A DNA stretch of 63,644 nt, the filler included, from Olpidium bornovanus S191 (Eukaryota; Fungi; Olpidiomycota): NCBI GenBank assembly GCA_017911155.1. It is 28 parts of 28 records of this genome, joined end to end, with 100 filler letters (N's around TTAATTAATTAA, not from the genome) between each part and the next. Parts side by side here need not be neighbours in the genome. Positions count along the whole stretch, not along the records: positions 22,711 to 23,989 come from JAEFCI010010244.1; positions 24,090 to 25,115 come from JAEFCI010013037.1; positions 25,216 to 26,676 come from JAEFCI010010159.1; positions 26,777 to 28,993 come from JAEFCI010004865.1; positions 29,094 to 30,700 come from JAEFCI010005009.1; positions 30,801 to 32,528 come from JAEFCI010009707.1; positions 32,629 to 35,859 come from JAEFCI010012233.1; positions 35,960 to 37,652 come from JAEFCI010009273.1; 20 more parts are not named here. One strand, given 5' to 3'. Positions 23,379 through 36,654 of this stretch are shown here, piece by piece; position 1 is the stretch's first letter; every line of letters begins with the position of its first letter. Position numbers and translations under genes: made by a program. A model generated the notes under the pieces. The model saw only the letters and a list, made by a program, of their open reading frames with translations, had not been told where the DNA came from and did not search any database.

Positions 23379-25324
23379 ACGGAGAAGCGGCCTCGAGAGG
23401 GCGCGAGTCTCGCCACCGGTCCCGGATCGATCCGCCAACGATTGCCGATAATAGCTGGGCTGTGCGGCGGATCATTTACCTTACAATTTTTATCAAATAA
23501 AATAGCTAATTATCTTCACCTTCCGCGTAACAAAAAAAGATGATGCCGTTTTCCACTCGGCTTTTGCTTTCGCATCCTGAACACCGCGAAGTTTGTCTTC
23601 TCGATTGGGGCATTGAGCGCGGGCGCTCAACCCGAGAGCAACGACGCTGCGCGTGCCTTCCGGCCGGATTCCGGCGTTCTCCCACCGGCCCGGGCAGACG
23701 AGATGTTCGAATGGCCTTCGGCTGAGTGCCGGTCAATGATCGGCCGTTTGTCTTCGGCTGACCGCTGGGCGCGCGCGCACGATTAGGCGGCGCCGGCAAG
23801 TGCGCGTATTGCTGCCCGGTCGCGTCACGACGTGAAGCCATTGTCTACCTCGTCCTCCTTTCTATGCTTTGGAGTCGCGGGTGGCCTGAGCAAACGCACC
23901 TCCTCCCCGCCGTCACGTGCATTCTGGGATTCGAAATATGAATCGCACGGTCAGCGTTGACCGACGTGCAAGAATGATACCGCGGCATGNNNNNNNNNNN
24001 NNNNNNNNNNNNNNNNNNNNNNNNNNNNNNNNNTTAATTAATTAANNNNNNNNNNNNNNNNNNNNNNNNNNNNNNNNNNNNNNNNNNNNAGCCAAACAAT
24101 CAAAAACCTTTTGGCAGCCATCAAAAGTTATGCCAGGGTTTCGTCTCCCGCGGCAATTTCCCGTGCAAACATGACTGAGATCCGACGAGTTTGAAAAAGG
24201 AAAATATAGTGAGCAAACAGAATATTACTGCCCATTTTGCGCATACTGCGAATCCCGCGTTCAAGCGAACTTTTGCGGTGGTCCTTGCGCGGCGGCGGCG
24301 TCGCGGAAGCCCGCCGCGCCTTCCGCGGCGCAGTGCACGGCCCGCGGTCCCCCAACCCTCCGGGCATACCGCGGAGGTCGCACGCCGGCGGCGAGGTGCT
24401 GGAGAGGGGGTGCCCGGCGAACCGGGAAGACTGTCCGGGGCCCGCGGCGTCGGCCGCACCCGCGCGCGCCTCGGAAGCCGCCGCACGACCGGCCTCGCGC
24501 GTGGTTCCGGCGCCGTGTGTTCGAGCAACGCGTGCTTCGTGCGGCGATGCTGCGTGAACCGGCCGCCCGTCCCTTCGCGCGGTCGCCCGAACCGTTGCGA
24601 CGCCGGCACGTCAAACCTTCCAACACCCGAAGCGGCAGCCCCGGCACGCCTTTACCTGCGAGAAAAATCGGCCGCTCCGCCTCCCCGGGTGCCGTCGAAA
24701 CCGCGGTCCCCGGCCGCCGGGCGGCACGCAATTCCCGGGCGTTCCGCTGCGACCTCGCGCGCGCGTGTCCCGGCGGCCCGCGCGCCCGCCGGTGCAAGCG
24801 AAAGCGTCGCGAGGTATGCGCACATATCCACGTTCAGGATGACGCTGCCGAATCTTCATTACCGCTGACAACGACCTGTAGCAACGAGACAAGGATGCCA
24901 TTGCGAGCCGTTCGAAGGATGATCTCCATAGTGCGCAGTACCACGCGCGTAACATCCAGTATGGCTGGCCTGGTACTGGCCTTCGGAAACGCGCCGAGGA
25001 TCCAGCGTGGTGGTAATTCTCCGAGATTACCAATGCGCTGGTCCCGGGCGCGCCCAATGCACTGGGCGCTAGCCGCGCTACACACACCGTGGTCTTAATC
25101 GAATCATTCGCCATGNNNNNNNNNNNNNNNNNNNNNNNNNNNNNNNNNNNNNNNNNNNNTTAATTAATTAANNNNNNNNNNNNNNNNNNNNNNNNNNNNN
25201 NNNNNNNNNNNNNNNAACATGAATCAGAGTTTGGCTCCTTTTCGACCTGAGCTCCGCGCGTGATTTGCAGAGGTAGGGGCTAAGAGCAGGAAAATTGGAT
25301 GTAGACGGCATTACATTCTTACCG

Positions 25325-26463
25325 AAAGTGATCAGCTTGAGTTGTGGCGCCACTGCGAGTACTTGAGCTGTTCGGCACAGCAGGCAATCGTGAAACAAAA
25401 AAAGTTGGCGTGGATATACGTTAGTGTTGGGCAGAGGGTGCCCCCCGTTGAGGTGCTTGCGACGTCGATGTCCCGCCGCGACCAGCACCATTTTTGCCCT
25501 ACCGGTGTTCAAAATCCTTCGAATATCGTTGAAACTGGGAGGGAGCAGGGGCCGCTCAAACGGTGCCTAGCAGCAAAAACTCGCGAAATAAATATCCTGA
25601 CGAGGATTTACGCACCTTGGCGGCACGGACCGCCTCGCTGAGATTGAGTACTTCTTATTCGCGTTCAGAAAGGCTTCACGGAGAGGCAGCGGTGTGAAAA
25701 AGACGCCGACGGAAGGCACGAGCCTCTTCAAGCGCGAGTGGTGCGGAGTGCCCTTGCTTTGCATAACGATGTGCTCGTCGACAAGAGCCTCCACGTTTTG
25801 CATCGTCTCAGCGTAGCGCTTCAGGTTGTCATCCATAAAATTTTCGCGGCTTAACTGCTTCGTCGTGTCGCTCAGCCGGTCGCCATCCGAGATGTCACGT
25901 GGTTTTGCGTGTAGAACGAAGGGCGTCAGCAGCGTCGACTTGAGGAATTCGATGAAGTCATCGCGCTTGTGCTGTCAAACGCGGCAAAGTATCGTTTCGA
26001 TGCGATAACGCGTATCAGATTCCGGTAAGTCCTAAGCTCTCACCACCACAGGTGGGACGTGAAGCATTTCTGCGCTAACGTTAAATCGTACCGTCCGGAG
26101 ATGGTAGTTGACCCTTGATCGGCGACCGTCGTAGAAAGTGAAGCGAACGCGTGTCAGGGCGAACAACGCCTACAGCCTCGGGAGTCGCCAGCTTAAATTT
26201 TCGCGGACCTCCGGCAAAAAGCAAGGAATCCGCGACCGTACTGGACTGGGCGTGCGTCGTCTGCGCCCCGCAAAGGAGTAAGGCGACAACCGCCGAGTCC
26301 TCCGGCGAGCGTGACAATATAACCCTCTCGCTACTCCCCAAACTCGGCACCGCGCAGCCGATTGCCCGGCACGCATTGTTTAGACGGGGCCTGGCAGGGC
26401 ATCTTTCTTCCTTTTTGGTTGTTGATGTTTCCCCCTCTCCTCGCACCTGTAAGCGGACGTCAT
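25325..26463 (-). CDS. ISN1: IMP-specific 5'-nucleotidase 1, N-terminal part, 3' truncated
   Basis: Spliced MTSAYR|VNYHLRT|HKRDDFIEFLKSTLLTPFVLH...SRLKRLVPSVGVFFTPLPLREAF...ISARRSVPP...TAQVLAVAPQLKLITF, parallel to yeast Isn1 as recalled. Confidence 0.93.
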
Positions 26464-26564
26464 CGGCGTCGTTACCAAGCTGGACGGCCTTCGGTTAGAC
26501 TCTCCGCATAGCATGCTCTCGCACGTTTTCCGTTTGGTCCGTTCCTTGCCTTCTTTCCCCACGT

Positions 26565-26653
<89 letters not shown>

Positions 26654-26776
26654 CCCCCCCGCGCCCCCCCCCCCCCNNNNNNNNNNNNNNNNNNNNNNNN
26701 NNNNNNNNNNNNNNNNNNNNTTAATTAATTAANNNNNNNNNNNNNNNNNNNNNNNNNNNNNNNNNNNNNNNNNNNN

Positions 26777-28589
26777 CATGACTTGGTCTCCTCTGACCAC
26801 CTTAGGTTGTCCTTGACTAGTAACGCGCCGCTAAAAAAAAATTAACTAAACAAAAGAGAACGGATAAAACAGTCGATAACAAGCCTGACGTGATAACAAA
26901 CGAATCCTCCGCGCACCTTTACGCAAACTTCAGATTTGTCCTCCGCGGCGTGCCATTCGAGAACCGCCTGTCCAATCTTGAATGCTGTGGCGATCTTCCA
27001 CTTACGCTCCTCCCTAAAATCCGTCCGCAGCCACCTCTGCGTCGTGCGAAAGGAAAGCGAGCGTCAGCAACCGGATAGCTCGAAGTGAGATGGAGTATGC
27101 CAAGCCGGTCATATTGTCACCAAAAACCAACCATCTCTTCCAAAAGGAAATCCCAATGCGTCTTCGTCCGTGGTGTGCTGGCGTGTTTTCGCAATTGTCG
27201 AAACGGCCAGTGGTTTGACATTTTGAGTACGTCCATCCGCTGGAGGGCGCGAACAGATTTCGCCTCTCTTCTTGACGCCTACAACAGCAAAAGTTCGCTG
27301 AACAATAAGCGACTGCACGGGACCAAACGGCACGCCAAGCGCGAATTCACTCTTCACTATTCGAAATACGCAGTAATGACAAGAGAAAAGCTTGCAACGC
27401 ACTTGCCAGTCGTTCGTCAAAACTGCCTTGTTTGCTGACCGGACAAGCTTAAAAAGAAGCTTGTCCTGTACACGCAGCTGCCAGGTGTATACGTCCAACG
27501 GGGTCAGCTCGTCCCCCTCCGCCAGATTCTGGAACCCGTTCTTCCGCGGCAGCGGCAACGCCAAGCCGTATGCAGTCCGTTTGACGGGGGGCTGCTCAGC
27601 AACCGCCGTCCGCTCTGGTGGTCGCTTTGGAGGGATCTGGCGTGTTTCGCGCCGACATCAGAAACAAACTCGCCGGACGACGTAATTCACAATTTTCGTG
27701 GCGCACAAGGCAAATATTTTGCAGACCACGTCGAGTTCCTCTTCAGAATCTTTCTCGAGTTGATGTTGCACCTCTTCGCAGGCGACAGGACGGCATTCGA
27801 CTGCGCCATCGGGGATGACCGCTTCTATCCCATCTTGCGTCACGTCCATCGGTTCCCGAGACTCCGCTTCCCCAAATGTCGAGACTTCCATCGACGCGGC
27901 CGCTTTGGAAATCTCTTCGTTCCTGCATGCGCGACTTTGCAACTCAGAATACCACCGCGCTTGGATCGAATCCACAGACTGCGACACCAAAATACATCGG
28001 TAGACTGACATCGGCAAGGGATACCGTTGTTCGAACTTTCTGAACTCCTTCTCGTTCACTTCGAGTTCGCCGGGTGCGGGTTTCATGAGCCCGTCGGCGT
28101 CGTCCGCGTGGTGCATCATGAAGTACAGCTCCTTCAGGAGCGCTTGCCTGTGGTTGATGACATCCCTGCAAATATTTTGCCGGACAGACGGCACAGAAAT
28201 CAGTGTGCGCCAACCCCAGGACGTAGGAAAACGCATTGTGCACGCGGGAGAGTCGCGAAATGCATTGGCCTGACCACGCTCACCGCACTTTCTGCTGGCG
28301 GTCTTCGACGCTCTGTTGGCGGAGCTTGCTGATTTCGGCCTGCCGATGCGGAAAGTACGAAAAACAAAAGAAAAAAAAAGTAGGTTTGGACCTCCGCCTT
28401 TCACTGCGCGCACCTGGGGGCGTCTCGATCCCAAAACGTCGCGAGCAGGGGTTTTCTTTTTGCCAACCCGTCCACCAGGCACGCGCCTGGAAGGGCACGC
28501 GGGGCGGTACCATGTTTTGGTCTTCCCCGTCGGCTTCGTCCACGCCTCCAGACGCGTGAGAGGCCCCCTCGTCCAACGCCTTCATACCC
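26777..28589 (-). CDS. EAF1: NuA4 scaffold Eaf1/Vid21 (HSA domain), multi-exon, 3' truncated; start approximate
   Basis: HRQALLKELYF; KLVRSANKAVLTNDWQ|ASRREAK...WPFRQLRKH...KTHWDFLLEEM|RWLRTDFREERKWKIATA. Confidence 0.9.
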
Positions 28590-29404
28590 GGCACGGGGAA
28601 CGAGGCGCGACCCTGCAGACGACGACGGACGCCCGTCTTCCTCCCGCTTAGGCAGAGGCAGGCCGAGTCGGCAGACGCTTCCAGGACCGGTTGCCACGCG
28701 CCAGACGGCCGTCTCGTCCTCCCTCCGCCAAGCCCGGCGAGCCGCCGCTGCCCTCTGCTGCTTGCACCGGACTGGTTGGGCTGGGGCACGGATGGGTTTG
28801 GTCACGTGAACTTTCCGCTGGCGGGGAATCCACCCGGGGCGCCCGAAACGGGGACCAGGGGCCCAGTTTGACAGCGCACACAGCTCATTCTTCCGTTGTT
28901 CCGCGCAAGAGGGAAAAACCGCAGAATCCCACGTAATACACCATTGGGGCACAAATGCCGGTCGCCCCCGCCGGAAGCCCTGCGTTTGCATGGNNNNNNN
29001 NNNNNNNNNNNNNNNNNNNNNNNNNNNNNNNNNNNNNTTAATTAATTAANNNNNNNNNNNNNNNNNNNNNNNNNNNNNNNNNNNNNNNNNNNNGGCATGG
29101 GACTGCGTCGTGAAGTTCTCTTTGTTTCTTTGTGTTGGCGCGTGGGGGCTGTGGTACCCAAGGTGTTACGTTTTTTGTTTTTTTTTTTTTTTTTTTTTTG
29201 TTGTGGGGGGGGGGGGGGGGGGGGGGGGGGGGGTGTGCTGCCCCGGCAGTGACTGCGGCTCGGCGCACGAAAACCTTCTCTTTTTCGCGCTCGCGTTATT
29301 TTTTTCCGCGTGGGAGCGCGGGGAACGTGGGGGCGCGCAACGGAAACCGCGCGTGCATTCCGCGCAAGTGGCACGCACGTCGACCGTGCGCGGGAAGACC
29401 GAAG

Positions 29405-29612
29405 CTTTCCTCTCTTTCTCACGCTATCTGTCTCTCTCTCTCACAGTCTCTCTGTTTTTGTCTCTCTCTCTCTCTCTCTCTCGCCCTCGCTCTCTTTCTC
29501 TGCTTCTCTCAACGTTGTCGTTTCTCCCTCTTTTCTCTCTCGACTCTCTGGCTCTCACTCTCTCTCCCTGTCATCTCTCTCGCCCTCTCTCGTCTCTCTC
29601 GCTCTCTCTCTC
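29405..29612. repeat. Imperfect (CT)n microsatellite
   Basis: About 200 bp dominated by CT dinucleotides. Confidence 0.85.
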
Positions 29613-30374
29613 CCGCCACCCGTCCTCCTCCATCCACATGCCACCCCACATGCCGGCAAACGCTTAAATTTTAGCAGAGGTGGGTGTGGGGGGGAGTGAC
29701 GTACTTCAACGCGGTACGCCGATAAAAAGAAAGAAAACACTAATTGACACGGCGACACGAGACATCTTGCACTTTTAGCGGCGCTTACAGACTCGGGCAC
29801 TCTTTGGGGGGAAAAAGGAAAAGGGGGGAAGGGGAGGAAGGGGGTGGGCTGGGTGGGTGGCCAAACTACGGGCGCCTAAAAGTGGTCTGTTATGGAGGAG
29901 GCGGGAGAAGGCGGTTAGGGTGGTGGTGGGAAATAAGGGTCGGAGAAGGCCACAAAAAAAAAAAAAAAAAAAAAAAGGAAAAAAAACCCCCCAAAACAGG
30001 GAGAACGCGTCGGCCGAGTTCGCGTTTTTGTTCCTTTTTTTTTTTTTTTTTTTTTTTTTTCCTTTTTGAGGCGCCCTCGTGCGGTCACGCCTGCGCGCGC
30101 GTGGGTGTCGGAGGGCGGGATGCGGCCCGAGGGGGGGGGAGAAAGGAGAGGGTGCTTGCGGCTGAGCGGGTGAAAAAATTCTCGGCTCGCCGGTTCCCGC
30201 ACGACGACAACAGCAACAAAATCTCAGTTTTCCCGCCCGCGCGACGGAGGAAAAAAGGAGAGTTGGCTTCCTCGCCCAAACCTAACCGCCTCCTCCGCCC
30301 CGCCCCCCCACCCTCACCCCCGACCTTCTCGCGCGCGCTCCCACCACCCCTCAAAAGCACAAGGGAAAAAAAAC

Positions 30375-30482
30375 ATGGCTTCGGACCTGAAGCGACAGCA
30401 GGACGCTTACGCCGCGGCGAAAGCCATGATGGGCAACTCTGTCGCGGAAGCGGGCGACCTGCTAGACTTCTTCAAACTGCGG
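30375..30482 (+). CDS. Possible first exon of an F-BAR/FCH-domain protein
   Basis: MASDLKRQQDAYAAAKAMMGNSVAEAGDLLDFFKLR followed by a GT donor; resembles the FCH helix (S...E...F.K.R). The match is short. Confidence 0.4.
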
Positions 30483-30500
30483 TGCGCGCGAAAGCCAAAC

Positions 30501-30535
<35 letters not shown>

Positions 30536-30808
30536 CCCCCGCCCGCCCTTCCCCCGCCCTTTTTTCCTCCATTCTCTCTCCGCCGGCCGGATGTCAAAAA
30601 AAAAGAAAAAAAAAAAGAGCCCGAAACCGATCCGTGTGAACCCACCCCCCACCCCCCCCTCATTCCCCAACACATATACACAAGCACGCCAACGCTTCCC
30701 NNNNNNNNNNNNNNNNNNNNNNNNNNNNNNNNNNNNNNNNNNNNTTAATTAATTAANNNNNNNNNNNNNNNNNNNNNNNNNNNNNNNNNNNNNNNNNNNN
30801 CTCTCCAG

Positions 30809-32366
30809 GGTTTCTTGGCTCAGTGGAGGTAAGCGTGTGCGCGGTAGTACAAGCTCATTTCAAGATCTTCGTCTCTCATTCAAAGAGAGTACGTTAAGCT
30901 TCGCTCACCTCTTCCAGCATGACAACTCTACTGGAGCCGAAGACCACCCTTGCCTACCTTGCGTACCTCGGCTACCCTGGACGGGTAGGCGACAGGTTGC
31001 TCACGGAGAGGAAGGGCGACTGCCGGTCTGGCGGGGTGGGCGATCGGGGAGGGGATGCGGCGACGGCGGACACGGCATCTGCGCTCAAGATTGTCAAGGC
31101 AAAGAAGGTTGAGCGTCGGAGAGGGAAGAAGACGGTCGCGCGAAACGTTTTTCAGTGTTACGTGTTTGGTGCGGCTGGCAGCGGAAAGGTCTGTCAAAAC
31201 TGAACGGGACGTTACGACTGGCATCGAGTCTGCCCCGAGCACGTCTGATGCTTTTACTCGACCTGCCGTTGGCGACCATTTGACCGACGCGCGAACACGA
31301 CCGCCGCCTGGATAACTCGTCCTCTGAAGACCGCGTTCCTCCGGTCCTTTGTCCGCAAGAAGTTTTCCGACGCGTACGCGCCGACCGTCCGCCCTTACTC
31401 GGTGGTGAACACGGTGGAGATCCAGGGCTGCGAGAAGCATCTCGTGCTCCGCGAGTTCGGCAGCAGGTTCGAGGCGGAGGTGTTAGCCAGCCGGCGAAAG
31501 TTGGAGCAGTGCGACCTGTTGTGCTTCGTGTACGATTCCAGCGATGTCAACAGCTTTGCCTATGTGACCAACCTGCGGGTGGGTCTCTTGTGCGGACCCC
31601 TGCACCGTTTTTGCACGTTGCACGGCGTTTTTGCCGCGTTGTGCCTGCCTTGGCTTTTGAAGATTTGCTCCCGACTTACGACGTTAAGCATGCAGAAACA
31701 ATATGATCTGGATCACTTGCCGAACGTGTTTTTGGCCACGAAGAGCGACCTGGATCTCGTCCAGCAGGTGTGTTGTTCGCCATGTCGAGGCTGCCAATGT
31801 GCAACCTTTCCCATCGGGCATGTTCTCTTTTTATGCCTGTCGTTCGGACTCGGAGCTCACCTGCCAAAATTTGTGACCGCAAGCGATACGAGGAACAGCC
31901 GGACGTGTACTGCCGGTTGCTGGGACTGGCGGTGCCGACGAGCGTTTCGGCGAAGGACGGCCAGATGGCGGACATTTTCAACATACTGACGGACATCGCC
32001 ATGCACCCGTGAGTTGTTTCGGTTCTTCGAGCCGCGCGTTTTTGTTCCTTCTCCCCCGCTCAGCCCGCACTTCCGGGACAAACGGCCGGAATTTTTGTTT
32101 TTTTCGTTCCCCCCCCCAAACTCCGTTGCGCTCCGTCTGAAGTTTTTGCGTTGTTCTTGCGCTTTCTCCGGGTTTCGCTTTTTTTTTTTTTTCCCCTGGA
32201 AAGGTCCTCCGCGACACCGAGCTCCACGGCCCAAAGGACAAGCACGCAGGTCCGACTCCTGCGGATCATGACCACCGTTTCGGTTGTCGGCGCCGTAGTT
32301 CTGGCTGGAGTTTATGCCTACCGCGTCTATCGGTCACACAGCGCGGCATCCTCGTCATTGGGATGA
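30809..32366 (+). CDS. GEM1: Mitochondrial Rho GTPase Miro, C-terminal half, 5' truncated
   Basis: GFLAQW|SMTTLLEPKTTLAYLAYLGY, RNVFQCYVFGAAGSGK, CDLLCFVYDSSDVNSF, FLATKSDLD, and a C-terminal tail anchor. Confidence 0.96.
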
Positions 32367-32628
32367 TTGTCATGAGGTGCCCTTGCCCCCTTCTTCCTCC
32401 CGCTTCCCCTCCACATCCCCCCCCCCCACACACACACCAAAAAAAATCGCTCATCGGGATGAACTATTTTGGCTATTTTATGGAATGTCAACGCGAGGTA
32501 CCTGGGTGATGGAATTCAGGTTTCTGTANNNNNNNNNNNNNNNNNNNNNNNNNNNNNNNNNNNNNNNNNNNNTTAATTAATTAANNNNNNNNNNNNNNNN
32601 NNNNNNNNNNNNNNNNNNNNNNNNNNNN

Positions 32629-34487
32629 GGACTGGAGCTGGGCGAGGGGGCTTTTTGTCGACGCGGACAAGGAGTTGGATTCCTTGTTGGCGATCGCGGC
32701 GAGCCTTGGCACCGTCGCCTTGATGATGTCTTTTATGACGTCATCCATGGCGTGAGCGTCCGCCTCGGTTACGTATGAGCGGTCGTAGAACGGAACCGGC
32801 GCGAAATTCGCGACCTTCACGGGCGACAGCAAGTTCGTAGCGTCCAGAGATAAATTCGCGAAGTACAGCGTCGGTATGGATCCTAGCAAGCCTGAGGGAA
32901 AGAGATATAGACAGCGGAAGATAGTGTGGGTGGGGGAAAAAGGGAGCATCAGCGCGGCGATCGAGAATGTGGCAATCGAAGAACACCGAGAATAATGCGG
33001 CCCGCTTTTACCGGACGCTCCGGGCTGATTGTTGGCGGGGTAAAACGAAGTTGTGTTGTCGACTGGCGCCATCTTATTCTTACTGCCACTTGCACCGGTC
33101 GCATCCACGACATACGCCCACGGGTATGACTGGTACTTGGCAAGCGCGACCGGCATCGCCAATCTCCTAGAGCTGAAAAATCCTCCACTTATGTCTGGAA
33201 GGAAGGTACTGTAGTGCTCGGCGTGACCAGGAGAAAAAAAAAAAAACACAAAAAAAATAAAAAAGAGAGAAAAAATGAAGAAAAAAGGTATTTTGGTTGG
33301 TGAAGCACACTTGGAGTCGGAATTGAGTATATTACAACCCTGCTTGCCCACGGCCAGGAAAAAAACCCTTACGTGTCGTCGCTGACTGCCGTGCCGGGGT
33401 CGACCCGGTACGGCGGCTGGAAGTTGTAGGTTTTGTCCACCCAGTAAGAGCAGAGCGAAGCCACGACCGTCCCTCCGCCGATGGAAATTTTTGGCGAGTA
33501 GAAATTGGCGTGCTTCACCGTGCCGGCCGTTGAAAGAGGTACGTCCGTCCCCTTGGTCGTCGGCAAGTCCGTCGCTGTCATGATGGGCAATCCGGTCGTG
33601 GCGACGGCCGAGACGTTGGAGCAGTAAAGAATATCTGTCCCACCCCCCGGCAGTCCCGCAAACCAAAAAAATCCCATAAAAAACTCGTTCGCATGCTGGA
33701 GACGCTCCGCGAGAATGCGAAAACGGAAAGTGAAAAAAAAAACAAAAATAGAAAAAGCAGACCTTCCGCAGTTATTTGCTGTGCGATAAGGTTGGAGACC
33801 ACGATGCCCATAATTGCACCTGACGCAGGGTGCCGAGAACTAAGAATACAGCAGCATTTCGTCGCACGGTTAAAGGGAGGGCGACATTGAAGCGTTTTTG
33901 CTTTTGATTACCAATTGCGACCATGAGAAACGGACAGAGCCTGCATAAAAAAGTATTGGCATCGGCTTTTTCAGCAATTTTCGACGTCCCCGAAAACAAA
34001 AAAGAAAAAAGCCTGGGTCATATAAGATCGGGTCTCACGCGATGCAGCACACGTTGACGAACACCTGCCGCCTCTGGTAGGTGGCGGTTTTTCTGGCGAG
34101 CGCCCTGAATTGGTACCGCGGCCGGTCGGCGCCCATCGGGGTCCAGTCTCTCGTTTTGCCGGCGGCGTCCGCACCTCCCGTCGGCGACGGCAGCATTTCG
34201 GCCTTCTCTCCGGCGGCTGGAGCCGGCGCAAACGGAGATTTTTTGACAAACGTTAGGAATTCAAAGTTCGAAATTCCGGGTGAATCGTTAGGGATGGAAC
34301 GCGGAATCCCACGGGCTTTCGTTTTATTATTATTATTATTTTTATCACCTGCATGGTCCCTGGCTGGCTCGGCTGCTTGGGGCTCGTCCTTCAGAGAGGC
34401 TTCCGTGCGGATTTTTGGGACTGGGCTTTGAAGGACAGCGTCATCCATCGGTGTCCCGGGCAGCGGTGGAGTTCTAGACTCGGACAT
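32629..34487 (-). CDS. ABCA-subfamily ABC transporter, N-terminal TM and exocytoplasmic domain, 3' truncated
   Basis: RYQFRALARKTATYQRRQVFVNVCCIA|LCPFLMVAI|GIVVSNLI matches the ABCA N-terminal QxxALLxKxxxxxxR + TM1 signature and is followed by a large extracellular region. Confidence 0.75.
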
Positions 34488-35959
34488 GCGGCTTCACGGT
34501 TTTTGGGAGGGGACGGTACCGTTAGCTTTGTACGTCCGGCGGCGATTGCGGCGCGCCTTGCCGGATAGCGACCTTCAATCGGGCGGGGAAGATGGAGGAG
34601 ACAAGGGAATGGCGACCTGGTCGATGGGCGAGCCTAGTTGAGACTTCCTGCGTGATTGCTGCCGACATTACCTTCACGCGGACCGCGCGCCGATCGGTTT
34701 CAGCCAAAAACGCGTTGCCCGGAAACCTGGATGATTTTGGCCTTGCCTCCCCCTTACGTTTTTGCGCCAGACGTCACCCCCCCTTCCCCCGGTCCGACGT
34801 ACGGACACGCACGAGCGAAGCAGCGGACAATGTGACGAACTTCTTCTTTGCCCACAGGCAACAACCAGAACTTCCCATTACCGCGCAACTTCAAACAGTA
34901 GCCGCAAAACAAAAATGGCGCGGGCCCGCTGAAAGAACACCGCTCGCCGGACCCTGTTCTTCCGAACTGCCTCGCAAAAACTTGGTTCGCCGGGGCCGGA
35001 CCGCGGACGCAACGTGCGAGGCGCAGTGGATACGGCGCATAGGGCGGCAGTCGCCGCGTCCGCTATCGGTTCGATCGGCTTTCGGACGGGAGCGAGGGGT
35101 CATTTCGGGACACCCTTGATCCCTTGATCACGTCCACCCGATTGGTTGCCGGTTTAGCTGGCCTTCAACCACGCGATAAACTGTATGCTATCGTTGCGGC
35201 ACACGCCATTCACTCTTGTCTGTTTCGACCGTGTTCCCAGGGTTGCATGTCGGACTAATCACCGATGCATAGACTGTTTGGCCACGAAAGGTAACTTCAC
35301 GTTCCTTAATCCGTCATGTCCCGCGTCTGGCTTGAAGACTTGTTTGTGCAGGGCTTGTTGCTGCTATTGCTGTGCGTACCATGCACCATGACGAGTGACC
35401 CACGAGACACAGTTACGACGGCGGGAGGGTTTGGTGGGGCAACACTCTGAGTGTACCGGTTTAACCCAGTCGTCGTGCTGTTTTTCGTCCTCTCGCGGGC
35501 GTTGTGATTTGATTATGGCATGCCTCTGAGACGACGACATTCTTAAATGACTCGATGACGCTCTTCAAGCAGCCGAACGGCCTCGGGCCATTATCCCTGT
35601 GGCTCCAGTTCGTCGTCTCCGTCTATTGACGATGACCTCGACCTTGGACGGTTGCGCTCTAAACGGTGGATCCCCATATAAAGAGGATCCCAGTTGCCGG
35701 GAATTGGCAATTCACCCTGCTCCGTTGTACCCACGGACACAAACAACCATTCATCCCGAGACCAACCATGGCCTCTAACACCAACAACCCCAACGCCCCG
35801 AATTTCCCGAACGCCCCGAACGCCGCGAACGGCATGAACGACGACCAACCCCCCCCCCCNNNNNNNNNNNNNNNNNNNNNNNNNNNNNNNNNNNNNNNNN
35901 NNNTTAATTAATTAANNNNNNNNNNNNNNNNNNNNNNNNNNNNNNNNNNNNNNNNNNNN

Positions 35960-36060
<101 letters not shown>

Positions 36061-36654
36061 AAAAAAGAAAAAAGAAAAAAGAAAAAAGAAAGAATCACAA
36101 AACGAACAACCCCCTTGGCTTTGTGCGTGCCATACACGAAACTGAGGCGGGCTCGGTCTACTCGCACGCGTTACCTGCTCTCAACGCTGCTTTCCGCCAC
36201 GCGGGCTGGGATTCCAAGGTACGCCTCACGCGTATTCCACTCTCGCAGACAAGCCGAGCCGCTTTGTGTGTTGAGAATACGCTTCAAAACGGTTTTCGTG
36301 GTTTGAGGGTGACCACGATGTGGTACCACGACGCCGGTCCTACCGGCGTACTCTTTCGTGGCCTTCAGAACTGGACTAACGGTTGTCATTCCGCTTTGGC
36401 CAACTGACGTTTGCCAAACGCATCAGCAGATACAGGATTCGAGAATGTCACGCGGGGTGTAATCCCAATAAATTATCTTGGTCCCACCGCTATCACTCCG
36501 ATCACCATGTTCGGCCCCCCTGATCCACCGAATTACACGCTGGTTCAGGCGATCCTCCCGCACTTCCCCTCCGACCAGTATCGCTCACTTCGCCATACTG
36601 TGCCGTCCAATGGGCCCGTGCCCACCTTGTACGTGCCCTTTTGCTTAACAGTAA

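Noticed and set aside
24090-25115. Overlapping 160-225 aa ORFs in contig 13
   Set aside because: GC-driven open frames on both strands with no identifiable family; possibly coding but unsupported.
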